A stretch of DNA of 64,000 bases from Sphingobacteriia bacterium. Its GTDB lineage: Bacteria; Bacteroidota; Bacteroidia; Bacteroidales; UBA7960. The translations under genes were made by a program, and so were the position numbers. Every line of letters starts with the position of its first letter. The first letter of the stretch is position 1. The notes beneath the pieces were generated by a model. The model saw only the letters and a list, made by a program, of their open reading frames with translations, was not told where the DNA came from and made no database searches. Positions 1 to 10,400 of this stretch are shown piece by piece. Location of the stretch: assembly GCA_011390785.1 (NCBI GenBank), contig JAABRR010000018.1:13208-77207 (forward strand). Reading direction: 5' to 3'.

Positions 1-140
1 AAATCGGTAATCTCAGTAAGCTGGTGGCCGCTTTCAGATGTTTCAAAAATTTGAATATCTGTTTTTTGGGAAGTGTTACAGCTGCTCATAATGATTAAAA
101 TGAGAGATAAAGTGAGTAAAGGGTAGATGTTTTTTTTCAT
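1..140 (-). CDS. 5' end of a lipoprotein, probably a GH30 glycoside hydrolase (runs off the left edge)
   Basis: Not in the ORF track. Manual translation from ATG at 140 gives MKKNIYPLLTLSLILIIMSSCNTSQKTDIQIFETSESGHQLTEITD, open to the edge. It has a lipobox (MSSC), and the 'IFETSESG..L' start resembles Bacteroidota GH30 enzymes. It lies downstream of GH17 in the same orientation. Confidence 0.6.
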   Translation of the reverse strand, partial: MKKNIYPLLTLSLILIIMSSCNTSQKTDIQIFETSESGHQLTEITD

Positions 141-198
141 ACGTCAATTGTTAATTATCAATTAATGTCGTTTAGTTGAAAGTTTAGCACTGCCAGAT

Positions 199-279
199 TC
201 CCCCTTTGAAGGGGGTTAGGGGGATATTATAAATTGTACTGCCGTAAATTACATCCCCCCTGCCCCCTTCAAAGGGGGA
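199..279. repeat. REP/REPIN-like inverted repeat pair
   Basis: TCCCCCTTTGAAGGGGGTTAGGGGGAT (199-225) and ATCCCCCCTGCCCCCTTCAAAGGGGGA (253-279) are near-perfect reverse complements. Each arm contains its own CCCCCTT/AAGGGGG hairpin. Confidence 0.75.
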
Positions 280-380
280 GTTGGTTCGGCATGTTGATAT
301 TGTAATTTTCATAAAATTAAGGCATATGTTATGAATGCGATTTAATTATTGCTCTACTAAACGTTATTGAATTATCAATT

Positions 381-1646
381 TTATAACCCGGGATTTATTG
401 CCGGGACTTTCACATCCAGCATCAATGAGTCCTTGTTGCCATTATAAGTCTTGGTGATGGGTTTGCCATCGCGGGTAAGTCCTTCGAAAGTCCCTGCATC
501 CAGTTCATCCCAAAGGGCGTATTTGGCTTGTGTCTGCAGAGTGATGAGTCCGAAATGATTCTCTGAACCAAGTGGATTTGCGGCATCTTTCCATTTTTCG
601 TCAAAGGCTTCAAAATAAAAGCAGGAAATGCCCTGGCTGTTGGTCCAATCACGCATAAGGTCGTGGTAGATAGCGGATTTGTATTCATCAGTGGCACGCG
701 ATCCATCATTTCCGTAATGTTCGTTGGATACCGATGCCCACCCGGTTTCGCCGATATGAACGGGTTTGTCAATATCCATACTTTGCATATAGTTGACTAC
801 ACCCTGGTATTGGCTTTGAGCATATTGCAAAGATCTTTGCATGGCGGCGTCGATTTTCTCCAGATCTGTAAGATCTTGCTCGTCTTCGCTCACTCCCCAG
901 AAATCGGGATTGTAGTGGGTGTCATGCATGGGGTAGGTGTGTATAGATATGAAATCAACGGCTTTGATCAGCTCACTAAGATCATCCAGATGGTATTCAG
1001 CACCACCACCGCCCCAGGATGCGAAATTGTCGGAGCTAGTTATCCAAAGATCGGAGGGCAGCTGGCCTTCTTTTTTCAGGTTTTGAAGATGGTTTACCCA
1101 TTTCAGAATGATGCCCGGTTCTACGTAGTATTGCCAGGCCCAATGTACCATGGCTTCGTTTCCCACAGCAATAATCTTTACGATATCGGGGTACTGTTGA
1201 GTCAGTTCCACGGCACGGGCAATTTCCACGGCATTGCGTTCGCTTTCTTCGTTACGGATGCGGTCGGGCAAATCAGTCCAGGCATTCTTGCAGTCGATCC
1301 ATGCACCCAGCATTACATACATTTCAAAATCAGTATCTTCTTTTTTTAGCTGGCTGATGGCTGTTAGCAGATTGGTCGCTTCATCCAGGTGCACATTGTA
1401 AGTTCTGAGAACTTTGATATCCAATGCCGAAAGAATCTTCATGTCTTCTTTAAGTTGCTCTACAGTGGGTTGGATATCTCTTGTATTCTCACGATAGCCA
1501 CCATAAGAAATGGCCTGATAGTTAGGATTACCCAGTATTTCTGCTGCCGTTTTACTTTGAGTGTCTCCTTTTCCTGGTCCTTGTCCGCAAGAAATAATGA
1601 ACAGCAACGCCAGAAGAGTAACAAAAACAGGGTATTTATTTTTCAT
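381..1646 (-). CDS. GH17-family beta-1,3-glucanase/transglycosylase, lipoprotein
   Basis: Lipobox IISC; AISYGGYR, LRTY, VGNEAM (acid/base), IGETGW (nucleophile), FYFEAFDEKWK and ENHFGL motifs typical of GH17. Confidence 0.85.
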   Translation of the reverse strand: MKNKYPVFVTLLALLFIISCGQGPGKGDTQSKTAAEILGNPNYQAISYGGYRENTRDIQPTVEQLKEDMKILSALDIKVLRTYNVHLDEATNLLTAISQLKKEDTDFEMYVMLGAWIDCKNAWTDLPDRIRNEESERNAVEIARAVELTQQYPDIVKIIAVGNEAMVHWAWQYYVEPGIILKWVNHLQNLKKEGQLPSDLWITSSDNFASWGGGGAEYHLDDLSELIKAVDFISIHTYPMHDTHYNPDFWGVSEDEQDLTDLEKIDAAMQRSLQYAQSQYQGVVNYMQSMDIDKPVHIGETGWASVSNEHYGNDGSRATDEYKSAIYHDLMRDWTNSQGISCFYFEAFDEKWKDAANPLGSENHFGLITLQTQAKYALWDELDAGTFEGLTRDGKPITKTYNGNKDSLMLDVKVPAINPGL

Positions 1647-1695
1647 ATAATTTTTATTTAGGATATTTTCTTAGGCTATTGACAGGATAAAAAGT

Positions 1696-4600
1696 TTACT
1701 TAAAACGTGAAGAGGGCAGCGAAACTATTATCTGTTCTATTTTGCCCGTCCGGTTGAATATTTGTTGGCTTGTTTGCTTATCCAAAACAAGTGAATCCAG
1801 GACTGATATATCTCTGTTGCTGTAACTAATCTTTAGGGCTTCTTTATTTGCCAGCTGATAAATGACAGGTACCTGGCAAAAGGTAAAACAGAGTGAATCT
1901 GGTTGTAGCTTTATTTGTCGTTGTTCCTGATTCACGTTGATGTAAGTTAAAGTCCGTGCATTTTTCAGCAATTCATTTCTACTGAGAAGAGCGGGGTTAA
2001 AATGTATTTTGCCCTCCTGCACTTTTACTCCCAGCTCTCCCCATCTTACAAGAATGTCTTCCTTTACTTGCCCGGTCATACCTGGCTGTTGGGCGCCTTT
2101 ATGTTGTGGGGTATGCGAATACGGATCGGTAGGAAAAGCACCATATAATCCGGGAGATTTATGTACTCCAATACCTTGGCCTATTTCCCTGTGATGTGCA
2201 ATGAGTCGCTCAATCAGGGCCTGAGCATCTTCCTTTTCAATGGCGCGGATGCAGGCTTCATGAACTGCAAGATGTAGTTTTGAAACCATGTGCCAGTAAA
2301 TAGAACCCAGCCCTTCGTAGGCAAAAAAGGTACCTGAACGGCCAGTGAAAGCTTTGTGGTTAAACACTTCTTCCCAAATACCGGCAACAAGATTTTTTTC
2401 TTTTTCGGCAAGGGTTTGGTATTTTGAGCCATTCATTTCTTTAAGAGCGGCTTTCAGGTCGCGGACATTTTTAAAATTCCCGTTGAAATGAAATTCTCCG
2501 TCTAAATCCCTGTTAAGGATCTGAAGGTTATTATCCTTAATCAATTCCATTAGCAAGGCTGATTTTTCAACCAAATATTGCGGTATGGTATTTTTCTCAA
2601 GGAATCTTTTCAATGCCTTGTTAGGATAAAGGATGTAACTGTTCTGATCTTTACGATATAGGTCACTTTTTCTCAGTGCATCCAATAAACTAACGATTTC
2701 CGTTGTATTAAGATATCCTGAACTGATGGCAGCCACCTGTCCTTCGAGCATTTCGTCGAGCTGAGACAGTGACATTTCTGTATTGCTGATCGAAAGTATA
2801 TTGTATGAATGATACAGGTTGTCAGACCGGCAGTTTTTATTAATTGTATGCTCCAGGTATTGTAAAGAAAGCCGGTTAAATCTGGAGATATTTTCTATAC
2901 CAAGGTTTACTTTTTTACCACTGAATCCTTTTGTGTAAATTGTTTCGCGGTATTTGCTACCCGCCTGGCCCAGCAGATCGGTAATAGCTTTTCTGATTTC
3001 ATTGGTAACATTACCTTTAAGCAGATGCTGGTTTTCTTCCAGTATCACCATCATTTTGTGGAAAAGTTCTGTAAGTTCTTCTGAAACAGTTACCTGAGAG
3101 TTACCAATAGTAGAAAGAAATTTTTCCCAGAAAGAAAAAAATCTTCTCAGATAATACAGGGTAACCATGGAAACACCATTTCCTACAAGTGCATTGTTGG
3201 CATCGTTCCACTCAGGGCGCTGGGTATTCATCCAAATGCCCCCTTCAGGAATGAAATTAGACATTTTGGATAAGGTTAACGTCAGAATTTTTTCCATGAA
3301 ACTTACATGGTAAATTTCACTGTTATGACTTCCCAATAACGAGCCATCGGCACCAATTGTGGTAACTTTCTCACGGATAGTAAGGTCTAGTTTTTCATCA
3401 AAATCGATGGTATTTTTCGGGTCGGTTACTATTGCACTGTATGGTTTGATACGATAAGGTACGTTGGCATACGCAAAGTGATTACTGTTGAGAAGCTTTT
3501 CAAGCGTTTCGGGTTGGTGATCGTTAATAAATTCAAGAAATTTCAATAGATATATCACCTGATGGTCGCCCCAGTAGCCGATATATGACCAGGGGTTGTC
3601 GGGTTCAATTGTTTCCCAGTCGAAGCCACCCTTGGTTATGCGATAGGGGTTGTACCCATCGAAGGTGGAAGCATTCAAAAATCTGAAGATCATTCCTTCT
3701 ATAAACTGCGGATAGGAGTGTGCCAGCGCTTCCCAGTTTTGAAAAATATCGCGCCAGTTGCCTTCGTAATCAAGTATCTTCGACCCATCATTTTCGTTGA
3801 TGGTATTGATTGAGAAGTTATTCCATGGTCGACTGGGATCACCATGCCGGCGACTAAATTTTAACGGCAGGTATTCTATAGAAAGCCTTATAAGGTCGGC
3901 ATCTTCCGTTGCAGAGATCTGATCTTTGAGTGCAGATAGACTGAACATATCTTCCAACTTACCAATTGTATCCTGATTTTTTGCCAGCACCTTTTTATTG
4001 GCACCACCCAGATATTTAATAAAATCATTCTTTTCGATCTGGTAGTTATTGTCGAAAATACCACCGCGCATAATGTTAAACAGCACGTTGGAGAAATGTC
4101 GGGTGTCTTTTCGCATGTCGGCGGTAAATTGCAAACCATCGGCTGAAGCATTAAGTCTGATCAGGTTTTGGGTACCGGCATCGATATCGTTACCTATCTG
4201 CTCATCAATGTTTTGCTTTTCTCTAAGCGATTTTTCCAGTGCAATTATATTTGTATGGCTTTGGTTAACGTTGGCTATAATCTTCCATTTTTGAGTAGAA
4301 TTGCCTGGTAACCTGATTTCTTTATTTACAAAATAGGCTCCTTTTTCTCCTTTAACATCTTGCTCCTGTTGCACCGGCTGTTGTTGCCTGAACGCATTCA
4401 ATTGATTTGAAGAGAGCAGGTAAGAAGGTTTACCAAGACCAATTGACCATGCAATGTTTGCTTTTAGTGCTTCGCTGGGTTCAGCTTTGTCAACAATAAT
4501 AGCACTTAAGGCAAAAATTCCAATGCCCGGTTCCGGAAATAATTCACTCCTTTTGTAGGCATCTACAAGGTTGCTGGTAAGACGCTGCAAATCGCTGCTC

Positions 4601-5112
4601 ACACCGAAAGGCATGATGTTTTGTATACCATCCAGCAGGGCTATTTCCCGTTCTTCCGCAGAGAGGTTGACCAACTCAGATTGTTTAATAAACCCAAACA
4701 AGTTGCTGTTATTCCACTGGTAGCGGAAACCCAGTTTGAGGTCGTGATTGATTTCTTCGAAAAGTATCTTATTGCCATAAATGCTTTTGTAGAGGTTGCG
4801 ACTTAGCTTATATTTTCCGGTAAAGCGCTCTGAAAAAGGTTCCCAGATCATTACATTATTATCTGAATGAACCTGAAAAATTGTTTTACTTCCCGTTATA
4901 TCAGCTGACTCGGTTATTTTATCATCTGTATAGTAGGGAAAAAGAGCATATTCCGGGTTTTTACGTCCCGCTGTTAGTCCGCCATTGCTTGACAAAAACA
5001 TCCAGTGGTTTGAATCGCTTACAATACTCATGAAAAACGGACGCATGGTATCATAGTTTGATATCTTATACCAGGATTCGTTTTGATGTTCTGCAACTTC
5101 CATTTCTATCAT
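1696..5112 (-). CDS. GH149-like beta-1,3-glucan phosphorylase (cytoplasmic)
   Basis: 1138 aa with no signal peptide. Motifs FSRRHGDPSRPWN, YEGNWRDIFQNWEAL, RPEWNDANNALVG, YEGLGSIYWHM and FPTDPYSHTP...QQPGMTGQVKE. Size and the GH16/GH17 context match GH149. Confidence 0.8.
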   Translation of the reverse strand: MIEMEVAEHQNESWYKISNYDTMRPFFMSIVSDSNHWMFLSSNGGLTAGRKNPEYALFPYYTDDKITESADITGSKTIFQVHSDNNVMIWEPFSERFTGKYKLSRNLYKSIYGNKILFEEINHDLKLGFRYQWNNSNLFGFIKQSELVNLSAEEREIALLDGIQNIMPFGVSSDLQRLTSNLVDAYKRSELFPEPGIGIFALSAIIVDKAEPSEALKANIAWSIGLGKPSYLLSSNQLNAFRQQQPVQQEQDVKGEKGAYFVNKEIRLPGNSTQKWKIIANVNQSHTNIIALEKSLREKQNIDEQIGNDIDAGTQNLIRLNASADGLQFTADMRKDTRHFSNVLFNIMRGGIFDNNYQIEKNDFIKYLGGANKKVLAKNQDTIGKLEDMFSLSALKDQISATEDADLIRLSIEYLPLKFSRRHGDPSRPWNNFSINTINENDGSKILDYEGNWRDIFQNWEALAHSYPQFIEGMIFRFLNASTFDGYNPYRITKGGFDWETIEPDNPWSYIGYWGDHQVIYLLKFLEFINDHQPETLEKLLNSNHFAYANVPYRIKPYSAIVTDPKNTIDFDEKLDLTIREKVTTIGADGSLLGSHNSEIYHVSFMEKILTLTLSKMSNFIPEGGIWMNTQRPEWNDANNALVGNGVSMVTLYYLRRFFSFWEKFLSTIGNSQVTVSEELTELFHKMMVILEENQHLLKGNVTNEIRKAITDLLGQAGSKYRETIYTKGFSGKKVNLGIENISRFNRLSLQYLEHTINKNCRSDNLYHSYNILSISNTEMSLSQLDEMLEGQVAAISSGYLNTTEIVSLLDALRKSDLYRKDQNSYILYPNKALKRFLEKNTIPQYLVEKSALLMELIKDNNLQILNRDLDGEFHFNGNFKNVRDLKAALKEMNGSKYQTLAEKEKNLVAGIWEEVFNHKAFTGRSGTFFAYEGLGSIYWHMVSKLHLAVHEACIRAIEKEDAQALIERLIAHHREIGQGIGVHKSPGLYGAFPTDPYSHTPQHKGAQQPGMTGQVKEDILVRWGELGVKVQEGKIHFNPALLSRNELLKNARTLTYINVNQEQRQIKLQPDSLCFTFCQVPVIYQLANKEALKISYSNRDISVLDSLVLDKQTSQQIFNRTGKIEQIIVSLPSSRFK

Positions 5113-5167
5113 CTTACCTGCTTTGTCGGTTTTATTGAGTGTATTTTCTTCCTGGGGTTTTTCAGAC

Positions 5168-5210
5168 TTTGCGCTGAGTTAAACACAATCTTCATTTAAC
5201 TCAGCGCAAA
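5168..5210. other. Intra-operon perfect 16-bp stem-loop
   Basis: TTTGCGCTGAGTTAAA (5168-5183), an 11-nt loop, then TTTAACTCAGCGCAAA (5195-5210). No U-tract follows on the coding (-) strand. Confidence 0.8.
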
Positions 5211-5218
5211 TTCATTCA

Positions 5219-6061
5219 TTAATTAGCTTCCTGATAAACCCTAACATAGTCGATGACCATGGTTTGTGGGAAAGGTGTTTCAAGTGTTGGGAAACCCACA
5301 TAATTACCGCCCACTGCCACGTTGAGCAAAAGGAAGAAAGGCTGGTCATAAACCCATTCGCCGGGCACATCGTCGCGTTCGATTCGCTGGTAGAGGAAGT
5401 CGTCCACAAAGAAATCGATCTTATCTTCGTCCCATTCCACAGCAAAGATGCGATAATCGGTATCAAACCTGTCGTTGATCAATCCGTAAGATTTGGTAAT
5501 GGGATTTCCTCCTGAGTAGCCCGGCCCATGAATGGTACCATGAATAACATGAGGTTCCTGTCCACGAAGTTCCATAATGTCTATTTCGCCACATTGTGGC
5601 CAGTTAACGGTTTCGATGTTTGAGCCGAGCATCCAGAATGCGGGCCACAAACCAGGTCCGTAGGGTGTAATCATACGAGCTTCGAAGCGGCCGTATTGTT
5701 GTTCAAACAGGCCCTGTGTTTTTATACGGGCAGAGGTGAATTGAGAACCGCTAAAGCTTTCGCTGAGAGCTGTGATTACCAGGTTGCCTTCGCCATCCAT
5801 TGATGCATTTTGCGGGCGGTTGGTATAGTATTGCAATTCAGCATTACCCCAGCCACCATCTCCGGTTCCAATGTCGAAGGTCCATTTGGTATTATCTGGC
5901 AGTGTGCCTGCTTCGCCATCAAAGTCATCACTCCAAACCAGTTGCCAGTTGCGTTCTTCCAGTTTTTGAGAATCATCGGGGTTGCATCCTGTAAAAGAGA
6001 AAAACAGAACGAAAGCAGCAAGAGCCCCAATTCTTTTATTGATTTTATCTATTGAGTTCAT
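5219..6061 (-). CDS. GH16 laminarinase-type endo-beta-1,3-glucanase, lipoprotein
   Basis: LVWSDDF, GWGNAELQYY, WPAFWMLG, catalytic EIDIME and LLLNVAVGG motifs; lipobox FTGC. Confidence 0.92.
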   Translation of the reverse strand: MNSIDKINKRIGALAAFVLFFSFTGCNPDDSQKLEERNWQLVWSDDFDGEAGTLPDNTKWTFDIGTGDGGWGNAELQYYTNRPQNASMDGEGNLVITALSESFSGSQFTSARIKTQGLFEQQYGRFEARMITPYGPGLWPAFWMLGSNIETVNWPQCGEIDIMELRGQEPHVIHGTIHGPGYSGGNPITKSYGLINDRFDTDYRIFAVEWDEDKIDFFVDDFLYQRIERDDVPGEWVYDQPFFLLLNVAVGGNYVGFPTLETPFPQTMVIDYVRVYQEAN

Positions 6062-6073
6062 ATTGTTTCGGAT

Positions 6074-7474
6074 TTATTTAAAGAAATAAATGTTGTCTGC
6101 ATAGAAATTGGTAATGCTGGTACCTTCAAAAATGATCTGGCCCAGGTGAGCTCTGGATGCTAATCCAGTGAAGCTGGCCAACGGGATTTCCAGCGTAATC
6201 CATTGTTGTGAGACAAGGGTTGGTGGTGTAAACGTAAGTCTATGTGATGAATTGTCGGTACCACCAAACACACCATCAGCTCCAAAATCAACCAACTCTA
6301 TCTGAAATCTGGCACCCGCCGGTACCGGATTGGGTAGATAGATGTTGATATGAAAATGGGTCATTTGGGTTGCATTAACTGTAGGATCGCTAAATTCTAT
6401 TCCAACAAAATTGAAATTGGTATAATTGAGAATAAAATCACCATCTACTTCAAAATCTTCGGAAAGGGTTGTTTGCCATGGTTCCCAGTATCCGTTATAG
6501 TAGTTAACCTGAATATTGGGATAGGCTTCAGTATAGATGGAAATAACATCTTCTGGTGCATGTGTTGGTGTGGGGGCGTGCTGGAAGTCGCCTCTTGAAT
6601 TAACGGTTAACGAACCATCAGCTTCTACACCCCCAATGGTAGCCGTAATTACGGCTGTACCTTCTGCCATTACTGACACATTTCCGGTTTCATCAACCGA
6701 GGCCACAGAAGGATCTGAAGAGGAAAATTCGGTGTAGGCGGATGTTATGTTTACCGCCTGATTTAGGCCTGTTGGCATGTTAAATATGGATTGCAATCCG
6801 TCAATTTGGCGGGTAACTCCACTGAAAGATGTTTCGCTCAGGTCTTCACCATTTAAAATGGCAAATTTTGGATGGGCTATGGTACCTAAGTTTTCCCATT
6901 TAAGTTCATCAATCCAAAAAGTATAACCCTTGCCATCTTCAGGGCCTTCAGAGTAGAAGAACATACCACGTTCTGCAGTTAATTTTGATGGATCGGGTAT
7001 GGGGATGATGTATTTTTTCCAGTTGGTATTTACATTTACCCCGGAAATAGTTGCCTGGTAGCGTGATTCGCCCAAGTCGTTTCCAAAGCCTACCAGGTCG
7101 ATAGTAGCAGCTTTTGAAGCTTTTGCCCAAAAAGATAGTGCTGTGAAGCCTGACAAATCGCGAGGCGAGCTGGTAAAATAAACACCTCCGGCATAAGCTC
7201 CATTAGGATCGCCGGCATCTGGCACTTCAATTCGCATAGATGCTGCTGAATTGTTGTAAGTGGTTTCATTATCAACATTAAAAGCGGTAGGAACAGAGCC
7301 GCCAAAGGCTGCATATTCAAGCCCCCCACTGAATCCATCAATAAAAACATCTGGATTAGCCGAATAGGTAGCAGTTTCTAATTCTGCAATGTCGCGTTCA
7401 CATCCCATAAAGAAAAAAATGGCAATGCTTGCGACAGCAGGAAGAAAATATTTTGAAATTATTTTTGCTTTCAT
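6074..7474 (-). CDS. Surface lipoprotein with carbohydrate-binding-like beta-sandwich domains and a Big_2 Ig-like domain
   Basis: Probable start MKAKII at 7474, since the 7498 start overlaps the upstream gene. Lipobox FMGC; a CBM11-like segment (RDLSGFTALSFWAKA...WKKYIIP); Big_2 signature FSSSDPSVASVDETGNVSVMAEGTAVITAT; a C-terminal CBM-like module. No catalytic motif seen. Confidence 0.7.
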   Translation of the reverse strand: MKAKIISKYFLPAVASIAIFFFMGCERDIAELETATYSANPDVFIDGFSGGLEYAAFGGSVPTAFNVDNETTYNNSAASMRIEVPDAGDPNGAYAGGVYFTSSPRDLSGFTALSFWAKASKAATIDLVGFGNDLGESRYQATISGVNVNTNWKKYIIPIPDPSKLTAERGMFFYSEGPEDGKGYTFWIDELKWENLGTIAHPKFAILNGEDLSETSFSGVTRQIDGLQSIFNMPTGLNQAVNITSAYTEFSSSDPSVASVDETGNVSVMAEGTAVITATIGGVEADGSLTVNSRGDFQHAPTPTHAPEDVISIYTEAYPNIQVNYYNGYWEPWQTTLSEDFEVDGDFILNYTNFNFVGIEFSDPTVNATQMTHFHINIYLPNPVPAGARFQIELVDFGADGVFGGTDNSSHRLTFTPPTLVSQQWITLEIPLASFTGLASRAHLGQIIFEGTSITNFYADNIYFFK

Positions 7475-7487
7475 ATTTTGTGATTTT

Positions 7488-10400
7488 TTAGTTGCCAATA
7501 TTTATAAGGACATAGGTTCTGATTTCCCATTCGTTGCCATTGTCGAAACCAATAGCTGTAGGATCAGGAACCAGGGCTCCACTTCCGTCAATGGTTTGTG
7601 TGGGTGAATACCGGGGTGAGTACTGATCAAGTGTACGGAATGTTCCCCTTATGCCGATGCGTGTATCGGGAAGTTCGAACCAATCTGGTTTTCCGAGTGT
7701 GGTTGAGATATCAGCCATTAACTGAAGAGGGAAAGTAAGGTTGAAGTCGCGGTGGTAGTCGTATGGACCCCAGTCATTTACACGAACAAAGGAGTTTAGT
7801 CTCACCTTTTTATAGATCATGCGCAGATCCATACCAATGCGGTTGATGGTGCGTGGATCGCTACCGTTGGCCTGTGCTTCCCCACCATAAATGTTGGCGA
7901 TCCATCCGAACTCTGGGGTTAGTTTGGAAACCAACCTGGCGTGAACCTCCCAAAGATCCTTGGCAGGGGGAGAACCTGGAAAAGCAAAGGTGGTACGTCC
8001 GTCGGGTAAAATACCGATTGCGGCATCCATGGTAGTTGGGTGATGGCGGTAAACGAAACCTGCGCTTACGGCAAATTCAGCATCTTCTGCGCGGTCGCTT
8101 TCCCAGTCATACATCCATGTTTCGGGTGTGGGGTCGTAGGTAAAGAGAATTTCACCAGCTATGGTTTCTCTGTTGGAGCGCACCACGAAGGGATCTTCGA
8201 GAATATTACGAGGGCGGCCTGGTGCGGCCACGTCATTAGGTATTGGGCCAACAATAGGCTGCTGCCACATGAAGTTGGGAGCGATTTGCAAATCACCCAA
8301 TATCACGTTGATACCTGAAAGGAAGTTGTATTGGTTACCGCTACCGCTGTCTTTGAGTCGCCAGCCGGTAAAAGTGCGGGTATAATCGGCACCACCCTGA
8401 GCAACAAGTCCCATAACAGCAGACTGTGCATACCAGTTGATATTTCCTTTCATATAGGATAATTTGATTTTCCCCCCCCAATTGTCGTTGCTGTTAATTT
8501 CATCTACATACACGTTGTTGTCACCTTCTTCATCGCTTACCATTTGAAATTCACGACCCTGAAGGGGTTGTCCGGCCCATATACCACCAAGGTCTAATTC
8601 AAAATTACCAAACTCTTTGTTGGCGTGTAAGGTTACCCGGCGGGTTTTGGGCTGTGGAATGGCAAAGGAACTTTCCGTAAGCCCCAATTGATCAAGGTCT
8701 TCGTGGTATATACCAGAGAAGTTAATTCCTGCCAGGCTCTTGCTGTATTTTAGCAATAACGCGGGGTTGGCACCCCACCATAATTGAGGGCCGAAAGCTA
8801 GTTTCAGTCCATCAAACTGTTTCTTTCCCTCCATTTCAAAACCAAAAGGGGCTACACCATTATATATATCTATCTGAGGGCCGTAGTTGGCTTCCGGGTA
8901 TAATCCAAAAAAATCGCCTTCATAACCCCAATGGTAGTGGCCGGTGCGATAAAATCCATCAAGATTGAAATATTCATGATTCCATTGGTAGCTGGCACGA
9001 TATACCTGCAGTCGGTTGATCGATTGTAAACTTACATTGCCATCAGTACCTCTTACAGTTACCGGCCTTCCACGATTTTCATAGAAGATCTGGTCGATAG
9101 GGTTTTCAGCTACATTGCCCAGGATGTTAAATTCTACATTGGCCCTGAAATTGGCTGAAGGATTGGCTTCCACACCCACAAAGAACGATTGCATATCCTG
9201 AAAACCCAGTTGATTGGGGTAAGTGGTATTGCTGGGTGCCGGATTATCAGGTGTTGTGATCAGGCTTCCACCTGTATTAAAAGTAGTTAGCTCAGCAGTG
9301 AGGCGGCTAAGGCGAATCCTTCCGTTGCGTTCTGCATTCAATGCAGCCTTATCGCCTCTGGCTTTCAAAAAAGATTCTACTACCTGTATGTTGCTGAAAT
9401 GCTCATTTAAAGAGTTGAGAGTTTTTCCAGGAGCGTAAGGATCAAACTTGTGTGCTTCCTTTAAAGCGTAATATGCCGCTCTTGGATACAACTGGTAAAA
9501 GCCTTTATCGTTGGTAGGTCCTTTGGCGCATATGCCGAACCACTCTTCGTTCATATTATTCTGGCCGGGCACGTGGTCAAATTCATAACCACCGTTTTCC
9601 CACGATGCATTATTGTCGTGTTGGCTTAGTCCTTCTGTTTGGCCAAATTTCCACCATCCATCGCTAAACTGGAAGCTGAAACCACCAATGGAATTGCCTG
9701 CTCTGCCAAAACCTGCAGCATTTTCATATACATCTTTCCAATTGTTTACCTTGTAAAAAGCCTGTGCTTGCTGATCTTCCTGGTTGGTGACAGCATTAAA
9801 AGCATCGGAACCGAATTCGGTAAGTAATACCGGTTTGCCATATTCATCCCTTACACGATCGAAGAGATCGGTAAAAGTAACTCCTCTGTATGTGTTGATA
9901 CCGAGGATATCTACTTCAGGGCACTCTTCGGCAATGATGTCAAGGAATAAAACATCGCCGTTACAAATTGCTACAGGAACTGAGCCGTCTATAGATTTTA
10001 TTTTCATGCTCGCTTCGTTCATCAATCGATACATAGGGCGGCCCCGATTTTCACCTACAGCTTTTATTTGGTCTTCCTGATCAGGAAAGTCTTCTGTTTC
10101 GGCACCGGCCCAAAATAAGCCATAGTTGTTTTCATTACCAAGAAGAAAGAGCAAAAGCCCTGGAGTGCCTTTATATTCATCAGCCAGTTGACTTACTTCA
10201 GCAAGGAGAAGATCTTGTGTAGCGGCATCATCGTAATGCGTTACAGCTACCCACGTTCCGTCAATGGTCAAACCATAGCGCCCAAACGAATGATTCAACA
10301 TTGTATAGATACCGTAGTTTTCATATATATAGGTAATCCACTTCGGCTGAATTCCTGTATATACACGGATGGCATTTACTCCCATGTTTTTAAGAAGGGA

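Noticed and set aside
199..279. Possible CRISPR repeat
   Set aside because: Only two copies, inverted rather than direct, and no cas genes. No CRISPR array was seen anywhere in the window.
663..1349. 228-aa + strand ORF and the many other 60-180-aa ORFs antisense to or nested in long genes
   Set aside because: Shadow ORFs of well-supported genes, with no recognisable motifs.
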